Shown here: piece after piece, positions 51,799-64,000 of the stretch
How the letters are laid out: each line of letters starts with the position of its first letter
Position numbering within the stretch: position 1 is the stretch's first letter
Source of the DNA: the human T2T-CHM13v2.0 reference genome, Homo sapiens
Length of the DNA: 64,000 nucleotides
Assembly: GCF_009914755.1 (NCBI RefSeq)
Contig: NC_060929.1
Strand: one strand, 5' to 3'
Position numbers and translations under genes: made by a program
The notes under the pieces: model-generated
The model's database searches: none
What the model was told of the DNA's origin: nothing
The model's input: only the letters and a program-made list of their open reading frames with translations

Positions 51799-52583
51799 TT
51801 ATTGTTACCTATCAGTTTATTTTTTTTTCTCATTTTAAACCCTCCCAATTAGTTGCTATCATTGTTGTTGTTTTATACACAAGGATTATGAGATTTACCC
51901 AACATATATTCTTTTTCCCCTTAGTATTGTGTCTTCCGTTCCACTCCTATCAGTTTTTTTTTTCTTTTTGAGGAATACTCTTCAGCAATTTTTTCAATGA
52001 GGGGATGTATGTGAAAATGTTTCTCAGTGCTTTTTTTTTTTTTGTCTGAAACGTCATTATTTTGCACTCATTCTTGAACAACACGTATTTTAGTTTAGAA
52101 TTTGGGGAAAACAATTATTTTCCCTCAGCCCTTTGAAGATATTATTCAGATCTCTTTTGTTGCTAATGAGAAGGCTGTTTACTTATGATTTCTTTGTAGG
52201 TAATTTTTCTTTTTTCTGTGGTTTCTTTTAGGATTTTCTCATTGTCTTTGGTGTCAAGAAGTTTCACTACAACGTGGCTAGGTATAAAGTGATTTATATT
52301 TTCTCTGTTCGGAAACCACTGTGCCTCTTCAGCCTGAGGAGTCACAGACCCAACAGTTCTGGAAAATTATTAGCTGTCAGCTCTTTGCATATTGCTTCTT
52401 CCCCATTCTCTCCATTGTCTTCTGCCGAAATTAATAGTAGAGGTGTTTCTTCCACTTACTCTATCCTCTGTGCATCTTGGTCTTCTTTTCTCATTTCTTT
52501 TCAGTGTTTTAAAAATCTCTAAGCTGAATCAGTACACTTATCTAAAGTGAATTTAGAACAGAAAAAAACTTCTCTGGGAGGTG

Positions 52584-52585
<2 letters not shown>

Positions 52586-52638
<53 letters not shown>
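52586..52638. repeat. (TG)~26 microsatellite
   Basis: Perfect dinucleotide run. Confidence 0.98.
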
Positions 52639-52639
<1 letters not shown>

Positions 52640-53342
52640 CACGTGCGCCTTTTAGTAAAAGCAAAGTTTACTTAGTAGCAGTCCTCTCTGGGAGTCCCAG
52701 CAAGACTCCCACCCACACAGCCACCCCCCATGTTTTACTGTGCTTTCAGAAGAAAAAAAATGAATGTTAAAGAAATCAGAAGCACAAAATGAATTACAGT
52801 AATAATCTGCCAAATTAGAAACAAAAACTTCAAAGGATCACCAGAGCTGACTAGAGATAAGGGAAATTTTTTTAGTGTTCTCTAAACCTTATGGTGCAGG
52901 ATGGAGGGGCCCATTTCAATGGGCTATAGTCCCAACCCTCTGAATAAATCCTGGGAGAACATAGTTCTCAATACTTCTCCACCAGCCATCACCTAATAAT
53001 TCAGGAGTGTTCTTAATCAGAGGAACATATGAAGGTGGAGCAGGGCAGGAGGAAGGAATGATGATCCCCTCAGAGGTGAGGGGTCTCTCCCATAGCCAGC
53101 TGATCACCACCTATTAGGAAGGAAGCTGAATGTCTGACAAGTCCTGGAAGCTTCCTCTACCACCCAGGCCTCCTGAATGGCATCGAAGAAAGGTTGAATC
53201 ATCAGACCCGGAGCCTCTAGGAGACCACACTATGGCCTTTGGGGAGTGAGGGGGTCTCACTCCTGCTTCTCAGCGTTTCTCTTTATTTCTCTACCTTTGA
53301 GGGTTCGGGTTGGGTTAGGGCTGGTTTGCATGCTGATGGATG

Positions 53343-54072
<730 letters not shown>

Positions 54073-54589
54073 GAACTAAGGTTTTATCTAAACAACATTT
54101 ATTTTTAAATACATGATTATGGCGTAGAGTATTAAACATTTCAGAAACGCCTAAGATAATCACAGTCATCCTTTAATCCCAGCACCCAGAGAGAACCACT
54201 ACTAAGAATGTGTTGTCTTATTTCCTTCCAGTCTTTTTTCCATACAGGCTTATATAGTTATTGGTTAACAATGTCAAGAGCAATTTTTTTTGTTCATAGT
54301 AAATATTCTATGTCATCATTACTCATGATTTGAAGTCTCGGATTTTCCCCAATGCTGTCTGGCCGGTGGTAAACTATTAGTTTATTAGTGAATATAATAA
54401 TCTCTACTGCTGAATATTCCCACGGTTTCCCAGTTCTAAGCAATGCTCCAATGCGTCATAGCACATACCTTTTTGCACGTATCTGCGATTATTTTCTAGG
54501 CAGCAAGGAGGTGCTGGATCAGAGGTCTGCACAGTTTTAAAGAACTTGTACAAATTTATTGCCAAAATGGCTCGTAGGATTTTCACAGG

Positions 54590-55165
54590 AAACCGGTCCA
54601 AGCGTCACCATCCCCAGCCGCTTCCCAGGGGCGTAAACCCCGCCCAGCAGAGGAACCTAGGGGTGGGGGCTCTGACGTCCCACCCTGAGTCCCGAGGGGT
54701 GACCAATCTTTCAGGCAGTGTTAGGGGTTAACCCAACACACCTCGACCCCGCGACCCCGGAGGCGGATTCCCCCGAGGGGATCCTCGGCCCAGCCTTCCT
54801 GGGGGATGAATTTACAAAGAGTTCCCAGCGGGTGCCACCCTCCCCTTCCCTTGGAAGGCGCTCAGCCACTGCCAAGGTGCGGACGCAGCGGGGGCGGCGC
54901 CGTGCGGGAGGGGGCAGCCAGCGCGGCCACTTCAAAGCGCCGCGTGTAGGGCGGCAGGGGAAGGGCTGGACTTGGAGGCCCACAAAGGGACTCGCCCCTT
55001 CCCCCCAACCCTGGGCCCAGCCGCGCCAGCTGTGCAGGTGGCGACATCCTCCTCGCCCAGCCTCGGGGGAGCGCCCTTCTCCACGCCTCCAACCCACCCT
55101 GTCATTCCCACCTAGAGACCCTCAGCCTCAGGGCTCTCAGCCTCCGGCACTTTTGGCTGCGTGTG
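54590..55165. promoter_or_regulatory. CpG-rich island / promoter- or insulator-like element
   Basis: Densest non-Alu CpG cluster in the window; TGACGTC 54673, CCAAT 54703, GC boxes, CTCF-like GCGGGAGGGGGCAG 54904-54917. Confidence 0.7.
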
Positions 55166-56919
55166 GTAAATGCAGATGACCAGCTTCACCCAGACCAAAA
55201 GTAACACCTTAAGCTTTTCCACCACGCAGAATTCCCCTTAGCCTTGACTTTCGTTTTTTGGGTGAGGGGTGAGTGTCTTGAAAGAAATGAGAAGTTAAGT
55301 TTTGAGTCTGAAAGAATTAAAATTCTCTGCCCCCACCCCCACCCAGTTCCAGTATTAGTGCGGAGTTGGAGGGTGGCTGTGGGTTGAGGGGTGGGGTGCT
55401 GGATCCTGGACACAGCATGGCCTTGCCCTTAGCCCTTGTGGGCGGACCTGGGGTCTGCGAAATGCTGACATAATGGTCACAGATCCACTCCACCCCTCCT
55501 GCTTGGGAAGGGAGAAGCCAGTCTCCCCTCTCTGTACATGCTCCTCTGTGGTGGGCCTGTCCCAGGGTAACCCCTGGATAGGAGGCTGGAGTTTACCCCC
55601 AGGGCTCCTTTGGCATCTGAGGTTGTGTGGAAGTTGTTTCTGGTAGTGGAATCCAGTCCCCCACAGCAGCAGCGATGCAAAGGGGTTCTCAAGTAGCTGA
55701 GCAGCTCGCCCTAGGGTCCAGCCCACCGATTCCAGGGAATGCAAAGGCTAGTCCATCTTGCAGACACCTTCTAAGAACTTCATCTCATTATTTACTCAAC
55801 AGGGACTGTTAGGCACCTACTATATATTAGATGTTGGGCTTACAACCATGAACAATAACCAGTCAAGAGAGACAGGACTTTATACGTTACCCAACCAGAG
55901 AGAGAGGGTACCCCAAATATTACTGCCCAGGATTAAAACTGGAGCCAGACTCTGTCCCACTGAAGGGGCAGGACCTGCTGCAGCTCTCAGGAGCTCCAAA
56001 GGAGCTTCCATCCATCTCACAGGATTTGTGGTCACTTTGTGGTAGGTAACAGAGCCTCCTTCCCACCTCCCTTCGCTACCTGCAACAAACAGAGGAACCT
56101 GCAGTTGACGGGAATCCTCTTTCTCATGATCAAGGTGGCTGATGTTCATGGACAGCACACTGGGGGGAAAGGACCAGGAGTTCTGTGAACTGCAGGGTGA
56201 CACAGCTCTGCTCTGGGCAGAAACACCGGACAAATGCCCATTGGGTCTGACCATCAGCCTGCAACTGGACCATCCTCAGGTGCAGAAGTGTCCAAGCCAC
56301 CAAGTAAGCCCAGGAAGGGCAGTAAGTCTTTCTGGATGGTCTTTAGTTCCAAGGGTCCCAGCTCCAGGTTCCTCCTACCTCTGCCCCAGTGATGGTCTCC
56401 TCCAACCCCATTGTGACCTCCTGCAGTCCAGCTGGGAACAAAGAGAACATCAGGGTCTTGAAACCTCAAGACTTTTAGAAGACCTTCTCTGGGGATGTGG
56501 TCTCCCGTTGTTTCTGTTATGAAAACCCCAGAGCACTTCCCAATCATGTTGTGTAAACAGCTCGCTGCCAGCCTCAGAACCCTTCATTTAGCTCCAAAGG
56601 GAAGAATGGGGTGAGTCGCTCACTGCACGGGGGTGGGCGGTTGGATGCCAAGAAAAGGACAGTCCTGCAGGCTATGTCAAGAGTCAAGAGGTCCTAGGCT
56701 TTTAGGCCTAGCTGGAACATCTGACCCGGCAGCCCTGTTAGCCAGACCTCTGGACCCATCACCAGTGCCCTGAAGCCCCTGCCTCCCAAAGGGATGCCAG
56801 GTAGGGCACCTACCTCTTAGTAGAGGGAGGGGCCCAAGATTAATTCTCCTTGAATATTGTCTTCCTAGGATGATGTGACTCTTCAAGTAAGTAGAGGCTG
56901 AGCAGCTAACACCCTGAGG

Positions 56920-57097
56920 CAGCAATTCCCAAAGTCCTTAAACCAGGGGCATCGCATGGGAACTTGCTAGAAATGCAAATTCTCAGGCCTCATCCCAGTC
57001 CTCCTGAATCAGAAATTCCAGGGGTCTGGCCCGCCAATGTATAGCTTAAAAACCTCTCCAGGTAGTTTCCATACCCAACAAAGTTTGAGCATCACTG
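56920..57097. mobile_element. MER5A
   Basis: GGGAACTTGCTAGAAATGCAAATTCTCAGGCC..CTGAATCAGAAA..AAGTTTGAG..CACTG. Confidence 0.85.
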
Positions 57098-57204
57098 CTG
57101 TGGGTTGAGGAAGACATATTATTTTACCCTTTACTTGAATACCTCCTCTGATGCAGACCTCATCGCCAAACAAAACAGCCATCCTTGAGTTGAGCTAAGC
57201 TGAG

Positions 57205-57650
57205 TCACACACAAGGATGTTTGCTACAGTGTTGCTTGTCATGGTGACAATCTGGAAACAATGTGAATGTTCATCAGAGAGAGGATGGCAAATAACCCAT
57301 GGAATACACACTGGAGAATACTAAGCAGTCATTTAAAAAGAAGGAAGTAGGTTTATATACATTGATGTGCAAAGATCTCCAACATGTACCAGTAGCTGAA
57401 AAAGGAAGCTGCTGAATAATACATATAACTCAGACTTGTGTGTGTGTGTGTGTGTATATCCCAAACAAAATTATTTTTGTATCTACATACTTAACAATGA
57501 AAATGCATTTAAAAAAGACTGGAAGAAGACACATCCAACCAATAACCCTAAGTGGGGGACAGAGATGGGAGAACTCTAGCTTTAAAAATGTTATGTTTTT
57601 TCCCATTATTTGTATTATATATGTCACTGAAAGTCAGCCTAAGAATGAAT
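57205..57650 (+). mobile_element. L1ME-type 3' region
   Basis: CAAGGATGTT..CTGGAAACAA..AATGTTCATCA..GAATACTAAGCAG. Confidence 0.6.
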
Positions 57651-57657
57651 AAAAGCT

Positions 57658-58117
<460 letters not shown>

Positions 58118-58665
58118 TTACCAATGCGAGATCACCCCGAGAAGAGGGAAGAGGGGCTCACAGTGTAAGTCCAGGGCAGAGGTTTGGTTGCCAGGTAGCA
58201 GCTTACAGGCCACCAGTCAGGCCTGGTCAACCAACCTATGAGGTACCCGTGGCAGCCTCACCCTTCCCAGGCCTCTTCTCCTCCAGGTTTAGCCCACCCA
58301 GCCCCAGTCACTCAGTGGTGGGAGGACCACTGGCTTCCCTTTCCCAATAGCACTTAGAGTTTTAAAAAGAAACCTGAAGAACAATGCTTACCCTGCCCTA
58401 TATGGGATCATGTACTGATGCAGGGAACTCCAAGCAGATGAAGGGAGATTTGGTATTGATGGTCCTCACATGTGCCATGAAGACATCCACCACCAAAGGC
58501 TCCTTTGCCAGGAAAACCTAGACAGAGCAAATGGCACAGTCATGGATGCCACACTGACTGCCCCAGACTCCAGACCTGGGTCCTAGCCCTCCTCTCTACT
58601 CATAACTTTGCTCAGTGGTACAGCTCGTCCAGCCATTTGGACTCTCAGCAGGCCACAGAGCTTTT

Positions 58666-59570
<905 letters not shown>

Positions 59571-59604
59571 AGCTTGCAACACTCTCTCTCAAACCCTCTC
59601 ATGG

Positions 59605-60071
<467 letters not shown>

Positions 60072-60623
60072 TAAAGTTTGTGCATGTCTGTCTCCTGATC
60101 TGCCCTCCCAGACCCTGAGTCCTGTACTGGCAAGGCTAAGTCTGTTTAGCTCACTGCTCTCGCCCGAGCACCCAGCACAGCCCAGTACCCAGTGGATTCA
60201 GGTCCCAGGAAGATCTGTGGTGTGTGCAAGGGACTCCATACCCAGGCAGGCTCATCCTTGGCTGACAGTTCTTATACCATACAGCCTTCAAAGGGCTCAA
60301 GACACGGCCCTCCTCCCAGTGGCTGTGTGCATCTAGTTGTAAGGCAAGGGGCTGGATCAGATAGAATATCATACCATCCAAAGACTCCAGAGGCCTTAGG
60401 TACAGGAGGCTGAAGAGGCAGGAGAGACAACCATCTGGCTCTCTGGGAGCTGATCAGGTTATTTTAAACATGTACAGTTTGCCTGTTCTTCACCTGATGT
60501 GGGCCTCTGTGGGTACCTAACAGGAGATCCGGAGGCAGGTCTAATTTAATGATCAGATAATAATTATTACTAATTAGCACTATCCTTGTAAATAAGCAAT
60601 TTAAGTATTTCTTCATTTAAGAA

Positions 60624-60966
<343 letters not shown>

Positions 60967-61214
60967 CTACCAAAGCCTTTGTTCCCTGGCACAGGAAAAA
61001 AAACTTCAGCTCAGCCTGGTCTGAAAATCCATTCAGCAAACTCTTACTGAGCACCTACCATGTGCCAGATGCAGCCTCTACCCTCATGGAGCCTACTCCT
61101 CAGGAGAGAGGGATCTATGAACTGTTCTCATGTGCATGGGATCTGACCTTCCCAAACTGTGACTTGTACAATTCCCATCACGCTGGCATGCCCCATAAAC
61201 CATCATGATCGGAA

Positions 61215-61340
61215 CTAATGTGTGTCCAACTCTGTTTAAGAGCTTAATGCATACTCGCTCATTTAATCATCACCATAACCCTATGAGGCAGGTACTTTCC
61301 ATTGTACAGAATGAGAAAACTGAGGCACAGAGAAGAGCTA
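61215..61340 (-). mobile_element. MIR
   Basis: CTCATTTAATC..AACCCTATGAGGCAGGTAC..TACAGAATGAGAAAACTGAGGCACAGAG. Confidence 0.8.
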
Positions 61341-62256
61341 GGCCTCCCTTTTGCCCCCCAAGCATCTACCCAGCCTGGGGCAGGGAAGGCATTTCTCTAG
61401 GAGTCCAATAATATGTTCTTCAGAGCTCCACAAAAATGGAATGTGGGTTGCCTGAGTGTTTCAGCCTTGGCCACAGGTCAGCTCTCCTACTAAAGCCAGA
61501 GAAGGATATGAAAGGTATTCCATGTTCAGAGCAATTCCCTGAAAAAAGACCCTTCCCTTTGGGCCTGCCCACTAATTATCAATGCCACAGGACTTTTTCC
61601 TTATTAAAGCAAGCCGCATCAGGGAGCCTGGGAGGCAGGGGAGAGGTGGAGTCTGTCACATGCTACAAACTGCTTCCAGGCCCAGTCTGATCCCTTGAGG
61701 TTATGAAAGGCACAGAGAGGTGGCCATCTAGCACACACTGCCCAACACCTGCTCTATGCCAGACCGTCCTTGACTGAGCAGGGCTGGGCTGGGCTGGCCT
61801 GCAGACACAGAGCCAAATTGGACCCCTGCCCTCAAAGAGGCTAGAGATGCCCGTGGGAGGTGCATGCAAAACTGAGCTGCACACACAGACAGAGGAGGGA
61901 GACCCACTCCAGCTGTGGTCAGGAAAGGTGAAGTGGGTGGGGCAGGACAGGGGGGAGGCGAGGGATTCGGCTGAAAGTTGAGAGTTGGTGCACTGTGCGG
62001 TCCAGGGGCAGGCAGCAGCTGGGAGCAGGTGCCTATTCAGAGCACTACACAAGGCCCAGGAGGACAGGAAGACTTGGGGCTTGTTTAGGGACCCGCCACC
62101 GCAAGGCACCTGGGTGTTCACAGAATGAGCAAAGAGAGCACACTGGGGAGCAAGGATGAGTTCTGACAGATGGAAGGCCACCCTGAGCCCAGTAGGGCCT
62201 TTACATTTGCCACATAGCAGGTGTGCAAGATAGTAAGTAAGAAGGTCCATTTGTGA

Positions 62257-62577
<321 letters not shown>

Positions 62578-62597
62578 TATTTTTTTTGACCCCCCTC

Positions 62598-63023
<426 letters not shown>

Positions 63024-63345
63024 TAAAACCATCACAGAGAGCAGAGGGAGGAGCGGGAGGATTTGGGAAACACTGAGGGAGAAGCATAGATGGACTTAGT
63101 CTCCACTCGGGGTGGAGAATGAGGGAACAAAAAAGCCTGGGAGGTGCCTTCAGGGTGTCTGGCTCAAGGGAGCAGGTGGAGGTGATATTTGCTGAGCCAG
63201 GAATCTGGGAGAAGTGGCATTTGTTTTGGGACAAGTTGCATTTCAATCTAAATTAGTTGGAGACCTACCATGTGCCCAGCCAGATCCTCCCTTTGTTTGC
63301 AAAGCCTTAGATTGCTAGATCATTTCCAAGGCCTGGCAGCACAAA

Positions 63346-63399
63346 GCCCCAGGCCTTCCCAGGTGAGTTGCTGCCCCAGGCCTTCCCAGGTGAGTTGCT
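63346..63399 (+). repeat. Perfect 27-bp tandem duplication containing a 5' splice-site consensus
   Basis: GCCCCAGGCCTTCCCAGGTGAGTTGCT x2. Confidence 0.97.
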
Positions 63400-64000
63400 T
63401 TTGGCGGAGGCATCTGCTGGTGGGGCCTCAAGGGCCACTGATACCCTAACTTTCACCCCAAGAAACCCACTCCATGAGGGAGCTCAGAGGCCAGAACAGA
63501 GAATACAGGTTGTTGTTGACATAAGAGGAAAAACCAGGCTTCCTGTTTGAACTTATGCAGGTACTGGAAGCTCTGAGTAATGCTGAATCTTGTCTTGCCC
63601 CAAAGGCGGCCTGCGGTGGGGGCTTCTCACAATTGCTCTCAAGAGTGGCTTTCAAGCATTTGCTTACAGGGGACGTGAGGCCCGGCCAGTGGGTGCTGCA
63701 TAGAAAAACACTGCATCCATGTAGAGAGGCCACAAGATGTGTGACATCAAAGCCGGCTGAGCATTGGCCTCTCTCAGGCCACTCACTGTGGTCATTTGCC
63801 CTCGATAAGAACCCATCGTCAGACACGAAGGATTTCTCACATGTCCGGTGGCCACTTTCACAGTCCCTGGTGGCCTTTACTCCCACAAAACAGACTATTT
63901 CTAGGCCCTTGGACACTGGGATTGTCTCCTTTTGCCCGGCCTGGGGTCGAGCCAGTGAGAGATGCCAGGGCCCAGGACTCACTCTGGGCCAGAAAAGCTG

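Noticed and set aside
54711-55179. Arg/Pro/Gly-rich ORFs on both strands
   Set aside because: Expected from GC-rich, stop-poor CpG island DNA; no homology recognised.

Overview
Primate (human-like) non-coding genomic DNA. I count about 68 Alu copies or fragments by eye (roughly 30% of the window). There are also two L1PA 3' ends, long decayed L1M tracts, MaLR LTRs (MST, MLT1), ERV1 LTRs (MER21, MER41A, MER34/39-like, MER4-group), hAT DNA-transposon fossils (MER3, MER5A, MER20, MER53, MER58, MER81), MIR/L2 relics and microsatellites. I cannot support any protein-coding exon, tRNA, rRNA or CRISPR array, and I cannot name the locus; the ORF track is explained by Alu, L1, LTR and low-complexity translation or chance. 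No new multi-gene system is visible. The most interesting signals are small: a direct-inverted-direct micro-triplication forming two mutually exclusive hairpins (22479-22548); a ~1.27 kb apparent retrocopy of an LTR-terminated transcript carrying a perfect ERE (20167-21457); a ~45 bp polyadenylated MER4 hairpin insert (17743-17813); an Alu-templated copy of 70 bp of flank (45.3 kb to 47.8 kb); a scrambled AluY (31539-31878); a strong CTCF site (23308-23340); an orphan CpG-rich promoter-like island (54.6-55.2 kb); and a perfect 27-bp duplication of a splice donor (63346-63399). Repeat subfamily names come from remembered consensus features, and boundaries are approximate.
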